Shown piece after piece: positions 24,884 through 38,326 of a stretch of DNA of 64,000 nucleotides. The stretch comes from Paraphysomonas bandaiensis. Its lineage: Eukaryota; Protista; Chrysophyceae. Numbering within the stretch: the stretch's first letter is position 1; the number at the start of each line of letters is the position of its first letter. Under the pieces are notes generated by a model. That model was not told where the DNA came from. It searched no databases and saw nothing but the letters and a program-made list of their open reading frames with translations. The stretch covers positions 124,001 through 188,000 of the forward strand of contig CBFFRP010000080.1 of NCBI GenBank assembly GCA_965644295.1, in the 5' to 3' direction. The translations under genes were made by a program, and so were the position numbers.

Positions 24884-27800
24884 TTAAGAGTTTCCGTCGC
24901 TTTGTTTGAAACTGACAACACGCTTCAGAGCACCGCCTTTGGAATTCGTTTTCATATTAGATGTGCTCGATGTATCTGACAACGCACTCTTTAAGCTACT
25001 CTTTCTCGGTAATACAGAGCTCTTGCTATCCACACTGCAATTGGTGTCGAGTTGCAAAGTAGGAACTTCAACTTGACTGCTATTACCTTGCGCAAACTGA
25101 TTTATGTCGGAAGAAACGTCTTTATTTTTCACTTTCGTTGTGCTCGATGATTGAGACAAACCGCTTTTTAAGCCACTCTCTCTCGGTAATAAAGAACTCT
25201 TGCCTTCCACACTGCAATTGGAATCGCCTTGCAAAGCAGGAACTTCAACTTGGCTGCTATTATCTTGCGCAGACTGATCCACATCGCAGTCAATGCCTTT
25301 TGGTTGGTGCCTTTGCGATTCATCCAAAGACTCTAAATCACCCCGTACGACCCCACTACTTTCTTGATGAGTCGTGTAACTTGACTCAGAGTCGACAATG
25401 GTAGTACTTGGCAGCTGTGAGAGGGCACTCAAGGACCGCGAGAGCTCTCCATCGGGATTCGATTCCGCACGTTTGAGAAGAAGCTTTCGCTGTCGCTCAG
25501 CAGTCTTCATCGCACGCTCCAAATCACGCTTTAATTTATCGTCAGCCAACTGAGAGGAAACGTCAAAAGTCACATGTATAAGCTATGGATGAATTGTGAA
25601 ATAACCGCATCACAATGTAATATAATTCGTCACATCAATACTCATATACATCTCTACAATTACCCTTGAGACTTCATCTGCCCTTTCTCTAAGAATTGTC
25701 TCTCTCCGGGCAAGCCGCTCAGCACCCTTCGTACCCTTTAATTTATCTTCCAGTTCTTTCTCAAGCTGCACGCGTAACCTGTCGTCCTCAACACGTTTCG
25801 CCTGTGTGGACAATTTAATTAATCTCAAAATCAAACGGTGGATATGCCAAAGAAAATGCAGTCATGGAATGCTGTCACTCATGTCAGGAGTGTATGCCTG
25901 CATAAATACCTGTGCAGCTTTGTACTTAGCATCAGCCTCTTGCTGCCGCTTTAAACGATACTCACGAGCAAGCTTAATATACTTGGCCTTCACATGAATT
26001 TGTTGGTCATGGAATTGACGTTGCATTATTGTGACCAAATTTTTCTATTGTAGCAACAATAAGACCTAAAGTAATCCCTTAATATATATATGACACACCT
26101 GAAGAGTATCCTCTTCAAGTTTTTCAGGAATGCCAACCAAGTGTCGAATATTGGGGATCACAAAATTAAAACCCTGTACATCCATATTCTCACGCATGAA
26201 TGAGGTAACAAGCGGGATGGTAGAGTCTTGTTTGTAGCGGGGAAAGAACATTACGGCCAGTGTCGAGCCCCGTTTATTAAACCCATACTTATCCAGCGTT
26301 ATATATGATGTATTAAGTTCACCGAGGAATTCATTCTCAGGTATTCGATGTGCATCCATCTCGTAGAGTCCTACCGTAGTTGGAAGTATGACCATAGATC
26401 GTGGAATGCTTCCCAATTCATGATGATTTTTGAACATACTATGAAAGGCCCATATCGTATCCGTTGGGTCAACTACGAGCTCACGTAGGTCACCACCAGG
26501 CATTACCTACGAACAGCAATATCAACGCACAGACCACAGAAGCACTACCCAAATATACCTTAACATACACTTTCAGCAAATGGAGCGCGATCTGTCTGTA
26601 CAGCGTGAGTGCCCGCTCTGTTGTCAACTTAGTATGAAGGTGTACAGCAGTGTCTGTTGATGGGATAAGAGGATTCGTGTCCACACTGCACTCGTTTGAC
26701 GCATCGGAGTCATAATTCAGCTCCCCAGCTTCTTTAAGCGCCTTTCGATTTGCAATTTTAAGAGCTTCTTTCTGTATGCATATTACATAGTAGCGATGAC
26801 AGCATAATCATTACAACACACCTGCTGTCGCTTGAGTTCCTTTTGCTTTGCCGCAGCGGCATCTCTATTCTCTTGCTCAGGATTGTACTCAAAATCAGAC
26901 GGTCTGGTAGGATCGCCATTGGCCTTCAATGGCATATTGAAACACCTAAATGTGACACTCTCAGATTCGTGTGGCACATGCAATATTCACGGACGGTGGT
27001 ATCAGTATGATAGCACATCCACATGTCAGAATTCCTTGCAGTACTCAATTCATAGCATTTTAATACCTAGGGCAACCCGGCTGGCCGTCATAACACACTA
27101 GACACTCCCCAGGCTTCCACTTCCACGGGTTAGCTTTGGTTCCCAGTTGAACTTGCTTCTTGATTTCATCGAGTATTAGCTTGGATGTTGGTTTCTTCAC
27201 AAGTGAAAAGTTTGTGAAAATGGGATGAATGAACTTCACCTCGTCCTTTGGATCACCCTAAAAGTATGGCGAGAATGAGTTGGCAACATAACTCCAGTAG
27301 TAAAGAAGTAAAAAACCTTGTAGCGAACATTGAATCCCCATACCACAGGACTGACTATCATTTGGCGATCATACTCCTTTGCGATGTCTTTGAACTTTTG
27401 CCGTACAATACCAGTACTAATTGGCGTTATAGGGTACGTCGTCCAGTGCTGACTACGCTTTGATAACCAGTATTCATCGTTGCGGTCAGGGAATACATAG
27501 TCGCCCCCATTTAGGTCCATTGTGACGCGTAACTTGGACGCAATTTCGACTCCTCCGTACTGCTCGGTGCACTTCATTGTGAGGGGAATATCAAAAGGCT
27601 TGTCACAAGCAAATGAGTTTGTCAAGTCCATATCACTGATAGTTGAATTGCCCCCTGAAACTTTCTTATCCAATGCTATATGCTGCCCATAGTAAAAAAG
27701 CAAATCATCAAATGTAATCTTCCCTTCGCATATTACTGACTCGTTCGCATCAGTAAACTTAACGAGCAGTGTCTGAAAATCATAACATCACGAATAAGTC

Positions 27801-30800
27801 ACAGAACACCACAGAACACACCTGATAGTTCTTTACCACAAAATCACTCCATTTAGACAGGTTTCTATCCATTTGAGACCACATGAAATAAGGAAACAAT
27901 ACAGCAGCAAACGTAGAGATGCTGTCGGTATCACATATCGAGTCTTCATGAGTAGTAGGCGACAATACATCGCAACCGAGTGGTTCTATTTTGAATACAC
28001 TATTGGACAATGCAATACTGACGAACGGTTTTAATGTGGCGAGGGTATTCACGTATGGCTGTAACTCTATGTTTTCACGATGTACACTCACCGCCTGGAT
28101 ACTATGAATGCACAGCACAGTATTTTTCGGTTTAACATCACCCAGATTGAACACAGTGCCTTCACTTGCTACACTGTAGTTGCCAGATGTACCGCCTGAA
28201 ATGACTAGCTTCCCTAAAAATCATGAGATCAAGCAATAGCACAAGTAGATGTTCGGCACATAAAAAACACCAGGACCGCTATGCTTGAGAACTATGAAAA
28301 CTTGGTCATACCTGCTCCTTCAGCCCCAATAGATGCCCTCTTGTACACCAAGCCCTCTCTCCGCGGCGGGCGCACGTACGCTCTCACTTCATCTGTTGTA
28401 GCAGCCGCAACTTTCCTCCCACCTTTCTTGCGACGATGTGGATGCTTTTTCTTCACAGAGATTTTCACCGACGGTGTTCCGTCAAATAAATCGACACCAT
28501 AAGGAAGCTTCGCGTGTGCCACGCGGTCTACAGTAAGTTCCAGTAGCACTCTGACCAGCATCTCTGCTGTGTTGTTGTATATGCTCATATTGCTCTTTGA
28601 CGATACGATCGATGAGCTAGTTATGCTACCTTCTTGTAAGGTCTGGGAAGGTTCTTCTGCCCGAGTACTTCCCTGAACTATTGAGCCGTCACCATCTTTT
28701 CCTTCCAAGACCAATGGTTGAAAGAACTTTTCGTTCAAGGTAGAAAGAGCATCCATCAGAGTTCCATTAAGGTTGGAGTATACGGTGAGCTTCTGGTGAT
28801 GGGTCAGTGTATTGTTGGGAGCATCGAAATCGGTTCTGTCGGAGGCATTTCCCAGCTCACTTGCAGTACAACTTTCTGCATCTGAACCTGATTCGCTGTA
28901 TTCTGATTCTGTTTCACTGTGTGAAGATACCTCCGACGACGAATCATGGCTACAACTTTGAGAGTGTTCTGATGATTCATTGCTACACCGGCTGGTTGTA
29001 GATTTCAGAGCTAATGGATGCGCTATATCGCCAACACTAGACTCTTGTTCCGACTCCAACTTAATCGAAGTCGACTGTGTCGCATGTAAACTGCACCCGC
29101 TGGTTGTAGAAGAGTTCAATTCTGTAGAATGCACATCAAGCTCCTGGGAAATTGCCTGTGATCCTGTTGTTTGGGTCGGCGATACAAAATCGTCTGTACC
29201 AGCATTCTGGTTTCCTGTAAAAGTACCGACGCCTATTTGTGAAGTAGTGTCAATGTTTTCAGCTGTATAATTACTTCCACACGACAAACTATGATGGGGC
29301 GTTCGGTCAGTGCTTTCGCTGACAGCAATCAAATTAATTTCGCTGCTACTTCCTTCACTTATGCTATCTTCGTTCAACGATAGAGAGCCATTAACTCGCT
29401 CACATATTCGTTGAAGTACAACTGAGACAGCACCGTGCACAACAGACTTCGCCGCGACGGACGGTGCCTCAATTATTGAAATAATATTCGACATCGTTGT
29501 TGTTATATCCTGATGCCAATAATTCGGTCGGTCAGTGTTGACGTCAGAGTTTATTTCAGACACTTACAAGTTTATCGTACTCATCTTGTCTCAGTTGCGA
29601 TTTGGTGCGTTTGATCGCCTTCAGCTTAACTTTTTTAGCCATGCGGTGAGAGAGGATTGCGCGACAAGCTCCAAGCGCCAACGATGAATGTCTACACAAA
29701 CAAAAAATCGTCGATGAGGAGTTCCAATTTAAATACGTCAAACAATAATACACGTCTAGTGATTGGCACTGAAACTGAATCATGTGGTACCAACCTGCTA
29801 TCCTCCCTAGAAAAATCACAACCAAAAAATGCAGGGTGGCGCTTAGATGGGTCAAACATGTCTTCTCGCCGCTGGCGCATAAAGAAGTACCGCTGACCCG
29901 TAGGGTGCAGTTTCTTCGCATCAAGATCTTCCAAATCAACATCATCAACAGATGCATTCGGCCCGAATAAATTCATTCCAATCTGATATATACACAGTCC
30001 ATTATACATATCATGTGGCTACACAGGTGATAGCGATCACATTCGACATGAATTGCGCTGCAACTAACCTTCAGTGCTGGTGATATGACGACATTCTGAT
30101 TAATTCCGATCGCTTCAATACCCGACACACCGGTTTTCATGCTTTGAAAACCCTCTGTGAAAGAGAGACACGTTACTTGAACAATACTGACACAGCACAG
30201 AACACAGCTGTGATATATTAGCTAGAAAAGAAACATACTTGTGTAGGCTGCTCGCAACACTGTCATCATTTCAGCCATATGGATCTTCGCTTGACGGTGT
30301 ACTGCATCCCGTTGCGCTCGCTTCAGCTCGCGATCTCGTTCATCGCCTTTCTCCATCAAATCATGTATTGTTTTCTTGCGGGCAATCTCTTGCCTGTAAA
30401 ATAAATTTATGGGTATGCACTGAAAAACACAATATGCATTAGAATACATACTCTTTCATTTTCTTTTTCATTTTCTGACGATTAGCAAAAGCGGTAACCT
30501 TCTCTAGTTCCTTAACCTCAGCTGCAACAGTAAATATTTAACAGTACAATTGTAGTCATAAATCATTGTACTCACGGTGATATTTCGACTCTTTTTTCTC
30601 AATCATCTTGCCCGCACCTCCAGTAACTTTCGTCACCCGCTTTCGAATCTGAACGAATAATTAGAGGCTGTTTTAACAACATAAGACATAACAGTAACAC
30701 AAATTCGGTGCTGATTTCCTGGTTGCACACGCAGTGCACTATTACAACAGTAAAGATATTATAGTGGAGAAAATATGACCTGGTCTTCGCGACGGAACTC

Positions 30801-32692
30801 GTACTTCCTCCTCACGACGCCATCGTAACACAGCATTTGATTATTAACACGCTTCTGGATTTGAGCCTCCATTATCTGCAAGGAGCATAATCAGAACTGT
30901 CGTATGATGATGAATATCAGGAACTGTGCTGAAATTACCTTGCCATTTTTCTCTTTCATCAGTCGACGCCTCCGAGCTTTCGCACGGCGCTATATTGATA
31001 AAAAATGAATATTAGCATAGCCTTCAACGCTCACCTTACCTCCTCATAAATTTCATTTCGTCGTTTCTCCGCAAGTTTATCTCGAAATCTGTGAGTAGCA
31101 TACGCTCGCAAAGTTGAGCGACATTTATCATTGGCAAGCAGCTTCGTATAAAAGTCTCGGAATTCTTCAAACTGGAATTCTCCACTACCGTCAGTATCAA
31201 ATCGTCCAAAAAGCTCTTCCATTAGAATATCGATCTTACTGCCTAATAACACCATGACCATTATACAGTAAAATCAGAAATAGATTGTACTTGGAAGATT
31301 CAGGTTGAGATCCATTACGAGATCCTGTCCAGTGTGTTCGAAGGCCTCTTCATAGTCCTCGGCATTAAAACCTACATCCACAAATATTAAAAGACATATG
31401 ATGTCATTTCACACCTATTTAACAGAATGTCGAATGAGAACGTATACGCTCCATTCATTGTTCTAATCACAAACACTATTACCTAAGCAATACCGGCAGC
31501 TGACTTGAAAATTTGGTCCAGTGGAGAACATTAGTCGAAAGGGGTACTCTTCGCAAAAAAAAGTCACCCTTCTTGTTTTCCTATAGATTAATCAATGCCT
31601 ATAAGAACTCCTGTTCCAAGAAGGAGAAAAGGCAGAGCGTATTCACTCAGTGTAATGTACCTGTTGATCTGCACTTCCACCGCACCCAGAGCAGGGTGCG
31701 CTTGTACGAGGGCCCAGTGAATATTTTCCTCCATCACCTGACAGAGTGATCATGAAATAGATATACCCATATAATGAATTATCAACACATGGTATAGCAA
31801 CACCCTTGTAACAGCGAAACTATATTATGTTGTAATACGTTACCTACCGCAAAGTTATTGACAGCCCCAAGAGGCAACCACGCAGTGTAAATGACACCAT
31901 ACACCTCTATATCAAGAGCTGTTGTAAACTTGTTTATAATAAACTGCGAAAATATACATAGAGAAGTTAGTCAATAAATTCAATACTCGAAACTAATGAT
32001 GACCACTGAATAGCACATGCGATCCTTACCAGAGGTTCCACGAACTCCAGTTCCATGGGATCATCATGCAATTCGATCAACTCTTTGTGCAGCACTTGCA
32101 GCGACGAAGGGTCGTATGGAGTTACAGGAGTATTATTTACCCTGAGAAGCATCAGGCCCTGTATCACCTCGGGGTGAGCACTAGCAGGGGACTTGGCCTC
32201 TATACTCTCAATCACTACACAGTTGTCACGGTCCAAGTTCCAGATGATACCAACATCAGGGTGATCGAAATGAACCGAAAGTGTTGATCTTGCAGTAGTA
32301 CCTGAAAATATATACAGAGAGACCACTCAATTTATAACGTAATAACAAATATCCAGAGCAAACAAACCTGTCAGTACTCTTCGTAGTTCCCTGAGAGAAA
32401 TCAGACCAGAATTGTCGAGATCCATGATACAAAACAGCCGATATGCACTGAAATTCTCTTCCATAGTATAACTTGTCTATTTTAAAACATCGTATAAACC
32501 ACAACATAAAGACGTAATACATATCATTCGTATACTAACCCGTTCGTGGTCAATGAAGGACATGTCAAAAGGCTTCGGAGGGCCGAAATTGTTTTCTTCA
32601 AACTTTTTCTGCTTGTGCTCTTTGCGCTGTTTGAAATCATCCATCGCTTGGCTAGCTCGATTGTCCTGATAGAGCCTCTGTGTTTCGGCCAT
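24884..32692 (-). CDS. Large multi-exon protein with EF-hands, a PDZ-like domain, coiled coils and Ser-rich regions
   Basis: EF-hands MDLDNSGLISLRE (about 32390-32430) and FDTDGSGEFQFEE (about 31170-31210). PDZ-like VGIIW...VIESIEAKSPA...GLMLLRVNN. The splice junctions I checked (29.5-29.8 kb, 31.5-31.7 kb) keep frame, but the full exon chain was not verified. Confidence 0.65.
24963..25290 (-). repeat. Coding tandem duplication with a 177-bp (59-aa) period in the last exon
   Basis: DVDQSAQDNSSQVEVPALQGDSNCSVEGKSS versus DINQFAQGNSSQVEVPTLQLDTNCSVDSKSS. GTGCTCGATG occurs at 24963 and 25140. Confidence 0.85.
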
Positions 32693-33351
32693 GTTGTTCT
32701 CAGCACAGGATAGTATTTAACCTCTCGTCTATTTTGTCCGGTTACTCATCACTAGTCTTATCCACTCTCACAACTCAAACAGTACTTCATACATTAGATG
32801 ATCACAACCAGCAGTCGAGCACATAGCTTACATTACCCTCATGCATCCTGTCCAGCTGTTGACAAGTATGTCTATGAATGGGATTAAATCGACCTGGCGC
32901 GGTGTATGATAGAATTAACATGTTTTTTAGAAACCAGCTATTTTTCATAAAATAGTGCCTTTCCAAGTTCAGTTGTGCTGCGTATGCTGCACTATGGAAC
33001 CACCTACTGCTATTATAAACGTACACTATGTAACGGTTCACTTGTCTGTTAGTAGTCCGTCAAAAGCGGGGGTTTTATCATGGCTTAAAAAAAACTCAAT
33101 ATCTGTACTTTGCCCATGTGTACAGCGTAGTTTGCGGTTGGCTGTATAATACTCTGTATATTAAATTCGTGCGATAGTTTGTTCCTACAGACCGCCCCAA
33201 TATCCATACCTCATTTAAGAGCTTTCGACAGCATGAAATAGAAAGGCAGATTGCATGCGGAAGATGTTAACCTACTTATCGTTTAACGAATGCCGCCTCC
33301 CCTTTATCATACCTGCACTGAGGTCTGCGTAGACAGTACTCGTCTCAAACT

Positions 33352-34775
33352 ATGGGTTGTGCACAGCCTGTAAGTGTTTACGAACGAGACAAGTTTTGTG
33401 AGCGATACCGGCAAGATTTTGAGGCGCTCAGGTTACAGGAACCCCACCTTGGGCAGATTCATGCAGTTTTTCACAGATTGGCATCGAATCCCCAAAAGCT
33501 CTTATCTGTGCAAGACATCTACTGTTACGTATTCGATAACCCTTGCAACCCGATTATTACTCCATTCATGCGCAGAGTGTTTCGCTCTGATTTGGTGTCA
33601 AGTATACATTGGAAATACATTGACTTTCGCTTATTCGTATTCTGTCTGTGGGATATTTGTACATTGCAAGAAGAATATTTGCGTAAGTGCCCCGCTTGGC
33701 ATCGCTGTTGTATAATGAATGGAATATAGCTCACTACGCCTTCCACTTTTACGATGTTGATAACAAGGGTATTATTAAATTTGAAGCCTTTAACTACCTC
33801 GAGGAGATGTATGGCGTGGAATACAACAAGAAAGGCCGCGAGTAAGTGGCGTATCATTTTCGAAATTTGTATATTTCGTTAAAACGTAGCTTGATATAGA
33901 TGTGGTATCCGTGTATATGACCAAACAAAGGACAAAAGGGAGTTAGATCTTTCCTATTTTTGCCAACTTTGCGATGATAACCGCGCAATGGTCGCCCCTA
34001 TTGAATATCTGCGGGACATGTTGCGGGAGACTGTTTGTGGGGCCAAAATGTGGGAAATTTATGAAGATATACGGGACCGTCTATTTCTTGGTAGATTTCT
34101 CCTTTCCTCTACTATTGTTCGTTACGGGGGAAATGTGGAAACTATTAACACTGCTCAATATATATATCGCATTGACAGAAAAAAGCAGAAAGTTCTCATG
34201 TACGTGTGCAACTAATCTAACTGACAACTATATCAATGGGTGTTTTGTGCCACACAGTCAGGAAAGGAAACTTGGAAACAAAGACAAGAAAAAGATAATT
34301 CCAGTAAGGTGATATAATTGCTCTTTTGATGATTTCATGATGTGTAACATATGTGTGCTGTAGGCAAGATTCAATGTTCAGGACACTCTTTGGGTGAGTT
34401 AATGTGGTCAACTGAAGTATTTCGTTGACTTTGGATTTAGTGAGAGTGTAGAAGTCCTTAAGCAGCGCTCTAGAGAATTAGGCTCTCTTATTGCACGCAA
34501 TCTTGTGGAGGAAGAGAAACCGAAGAAAGGGAAGAGTAAATACGACGTTCTTGCTCCCAAGTAAATAAATATCATTTCGATTCAATATAAGGTATTACGC
34601 TTATCGTGTGTTTATGAATGACAGGAAAAAGAAGAAGTTATTAATAAGAGAGGGGTCTTATCTGACTCAGGCGATGTGAGTACTATGTTGCTATCCGTGT
34701 TATACCGATGACTTTTCTATAGACGCCTTAGAAGAGCAGAAAGGCGCCTCAAAGCCAAAGAAGCTAAACAAATAG
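33352..34775 (+). CDS. N-acylated EF-hand (recoverin/calcineurin-B-like) protein with basic C-terminal tail, multi-exon
   Basis: MGC N-terminus (myristoylation/palmitoylation type). IDFRLFVFCLW and, after the intron at 33682-33729, YAFHFYDVDNKGII. Confidence 0.7.
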
Positions 34776-35253
34776 AAGTAAAAGGCAAGCGGTAGTAACT
34801 TAAAGTCCACATTCATTACGATACATGTGGAATTCGGGTGTACATGGAGACATGTGTGTATTTTATGTTTTACAATTGTAGTGGTATGTAGGAATTGTAT
34901 TGTCAATTGTAATAATTGTTTGGTTTGTATTCCGGGCTGTTTTTGATGAGATATTGAGAGATGTGTATCTCCTTAGTAGTATCGATCATAACATCCACGA
35001 GGAGTATTATTATCATTCTAGTATTAAGAAGTGTATAATTCTTACATTGTACTAAACATGAAGTCGTTCATGCACCGCAGGCATACTTTACTGAAATATA
35101 TGTGTACATTCATCGCATGACGGGCACGCACCCTCTGCTATTGCTGTCGCATACAATAATAACATAACAAAGTCGTAATCACGTTACTACTTCGTAATGA
35201 AGACCTCTATTAATAGAAAAGGCGATTTTAAAAGGTGCATTGATCATCACTTT

Positions 35254-36033
35254 TCAAGTAGGACGCAATTGTGGAGAACGGACCATGAACCAGTTGTGGT
35301 ACGCTTCACCAGATCCATTTCCGCATGGAGTAAAATCACTCTCACGCACGGTTAAAAACCCAAGCCTCTCGTAGAAGCTAACGTTGACACTCTTCTGGGT
35401 GGAGAGAATGACAAAATATCCAGCGTCATCAGCTTCTTGGAGGGCTTGTCCTACAAGGAATACACAACGATAAGTCGATGTGTAAAATATATATGACATA
35501 CGTAGACAGTGAGTGCCAACTCCTTTCCCCTGAAACGCTGGTTTCACAGACATTCGCTGTAGTTCTAAACATGGACCAGGCTGCTCCGCCTCAATTTCGT
35601 CGAATTGTCTGTCGAAGTAATCCATTGTTGCTATGAGACGATTGTATACAGACAGGCCTGACCGAAAAGGTAAGAGAGCGAGGCCAGCAACTAGTTTCTC
35701 GAATAGCGAAAATTTTGAAACACTTCGTGGAACAATTATAAAGAAGCAGGCAAGGTCAGGACCTTTTCCATCCATCTCGCAATAAGCGCATCTAAGGGCA
35801 GATGGGTAGGATTTATGAATAAGGTGTAAGTTTTTCTCGAGCAACCACTGCAGTTCACACACTCGGGTTGTTTCATCCTTAAAAGAAGCGTAAATTTGAA
35901 AGTACGACGGCACCGAGACCATTGCTTGAGCACATAGCTGAGCCGCTGATGATATGTGATGCTTTCGCAAGGTCTGCAAGCGAATACTCCCTGTGCTATT
36001 TCCAGATAAGGTTTCCGGGGTACCCAGTGACAT
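35254..36033 (-). CDS. GNAT-family N-acetyltransferase
   Basis: Motif A MSVKPAFQGKGVGT and NVSFYERLGF. In-frame 51-nt intron at 35451-35501. Start MSLGTPE at 36033. Confidence 0.85.
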   Translation of the reverse strand: MSLGTPETLSGNSTGSIRLQTLRKHHISSAAQLCAQAMVSVPSYFQIYASFKDETTRVCELQWLLEKNLHLIHKSYPSALRCAYCEMDGKGPDLACFFIIVPRSVSKFSLFEKLVAGLALLPFRSGLSVYNRLIATMDYFDRQFDEIEAEQPGPCLELQRMSVKPAFQGKGVGTHCLRMSYIFYTSTYRCVFLVGQALQEADDAGYFVILSTQKSVNVSFYERLGFLTVRESDFTPCGNGSGEAYHNWFMVRSPQLRPT

Positions 36034-36433
36034 ATTTATCTGCCTTGTGATAGACGATTGACACAACACCTGCTGTGATGAATCATGGAACAGGACAATG
36101 AGAATACTAAATACCAATGCAATGAATAGTGTAGCTGATACTTCTGTGGGGCATGATATGACATATACTGTAGCTATATACTGTATATATGATACGATTG
36201 TGTGGTGTGGTACTCCTGCTGTACGAGAGGTGTATGTCCAATCACAACGATGCAAAGAATACATAATACACCTCATTCGTCAAGCTCTACATAGGTAGGA
36301 GTGGACCGGTATGCACAGATACAAACATATGCGGTATGGGAATTCGGATTTGTAATCTTATTAAGTATCAAAATTATGAACGCAACTTGCGCTTCCGGTT
36401 ACTCCGGAGTATGTCTGTTTATGCCCACAGTTA

Positions 36434-37791
36434 TATATAGCTGACGCCGCCGCCAGCGGCGACTGGAAGACACTAGACAAAGTGCTCGGAGCCTCCAACT
36501 ACAGTGTTGTCACAACTGACGCTACGCACATACTGGAAGAATTCTTCACCACGGGTCAATGGCACTGGCGTAGATACGATACACACCTCCTCACAGACCT
36601 CGGTCCTATGCTAGGAGACGTTACAGATCTCCACCACCAGTGGGACCTCCATCAATACACCCTCCGACGAGATAGCATGTATGCTGCACAAACGCAACGA
36701 GACCCGCAGTATTGGACACGCAGCGGAACAAGGCTCCCACACAAGCTCCATCCCCTCCGTACCCATAACTCCTCCAAACACTACATCCCCCTCGCAGAGC
36801 GTATACGCGAGACGGCATACGTATGGGACAAATCCTTTGCAATGGGTAGAAACCGAGCCAAAGGAAAATCCGGACATGATCGCACAACGGCTTCCACATG
36901 CGCAGACTGTGCACACCCCACAGACAACATGGCGCACATGCTTCTCACCTGCACTCACTCTGACATCATTCACATAGGTGAAGATGTCCACCAAGCACAC
37001 CACAATAAGCTTGACAAATTTCGCACAAGCACGCTCCCCCATCCCTGGTTTTACACCGCCATAACCAAACTAGCCAAAGCCGCATGGAACCCAACCACCC
37101 CCCAGGTTGAGCGCCACTGGACCGGCCACATTACTGCCACACAAATGGCCGACGCATTCGGACGCCACATATCCAGCTCACTGCTCAAACATCAATTCCA
37201 CGCCCTAGAAAAATCCATCGCCTCTATCCTACTCCCCCTATATGATGGAGGGCTCCGCATGCTTCGCAATAGGGGACACAGACACCACAACGTAGACATG
37301 GCACCGGCGACACCGGTCCCGACACACACAAAGCAACGCCAGCCCCAGGATACCCACCCGACACCAAAAGTACTCCAGCTACTCCAGGCGACATCCACCC
37401 CACGAACTACACTCTCTGCAAGAGCCCAGACCCGACAGAGGCAAGGGCAACCACTCCGGAAACAACTTCTCCTTACTTGTAGCCGAAACCCCACCTCAAC
37501 AACCAGCACCATCTCCACCACCGACTTGCACTCTCATATACATCTCGCCTCACCCACCCCCCACATAATCCATGGCACAGGCCCGCCAGACACATTGCCC
37601 AAAGGTAGACCCCCCGACTAACCTCACTACAAGGGACGGTTGCACCATGGTGCTCGCAGTGATGCACAAGCAGTCCCGAGACGGTTGCCCGCCACTAGTA
37701 GTATATAGCAAATCTAGTTATTAGCTAGTCTATAGACATAAACTAGTTTCTGTGTACGCAACCGTACTCATGTAATAATCAGACTTTCATA
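36434..37791 (+). mobile_element. 5'-truncated non-LTR retrotransposon (LINE) with 14-bp TSD
   Basis: TATGCCCACAGTTA at 36420-36433 and 37792-37805. A/C-rich composition distinct from the flanks. ORF 36482-37621 has a CCHC zinc knuckle (CADC...HMLLTC) and ends GRPPD*, as LINE ORF2 C-termini often do. Confidence 0.85.
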
Positions 37792-38171
37792 TATGCCCAC
37801 AGTTAATCTTTGTTGGTTTAGCTGGGTCGGCCTTCTGCTTTACCAGTCAATGTGCTTCGATCAGACTCGCCCCTGCACTGCTTGAGTTAGGTGACGCCAA
37901 GAACATAGGATTTACGCCCCCAGCGTCTAAGCCTGGATAAATTAGGTATAGGCACTCTAGGAACACACTCCATGGGTGACATTCATCCACGGTAAGTTCT
38001 GGCGGGTATCATCCTGACAATCAGGCCAGCTTATGCATAACAACCCCACAAAAATCTCACTAGTAGCGGCTATGTATACATTAAAGTTGGAACAAAGGGT
38101 TTTGAAAGCGAAGGTGGTTGCACCTTGGTGCTTGCGGAGACGCACAAGCAGCTTTCGTAGTGTTAAGCAAT

Positions 38172-38265
38172 AGGATATCAGAGTTAAGCACTAGTTAGTA
38201 AATTGCAATGCTACACTAGTCCTGACTCTTAAACGCCTATTGCTAATAATAAGACATTCACTACT
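38172..38265 (+). repeat. Dispersed ~95-bp repeat family C
   Basis: AAATTGCAATGCTAC...CTGACTCTTAAACG...ATTGCTAATAAT.AGACATTCA also occurs twice in tandem at 62932-63120. Confidence 0.75.
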
Positions 38266-38326
38266 ATGCATGTTCCTCCATGCTCTTTATCATGTACAAT
38301 ACGTTAATTGGGTACACACACTACAC

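Noticed and set aside
29692-29800. Apparent stop splitting the EF-hand/PDZ gene into two genes, or stop-codon read-through
   Set aside because: A GT-AG intron of about 100 nt ending at this TAG joins ...EDSR to HSSLALG... in frame. No recoding is needed, and other genes use standard stops.
3909-35501. Stop-free in-frame introns (3909-3959, 13395-13484, 35451-35501) as a regulatory system or introner family
   Set aside because: Expected at some frequency for short introns, and the introns share no sequence similarity or terminal repeats.
37812-37880. tRNA/SINE-like A-box and B-box words (TAGCTGGGTCGG, CTTCGATC)
   Set aside because: I could not fold a cloverleaf with an acceptor stem; tRNAscan-SE would settle it.
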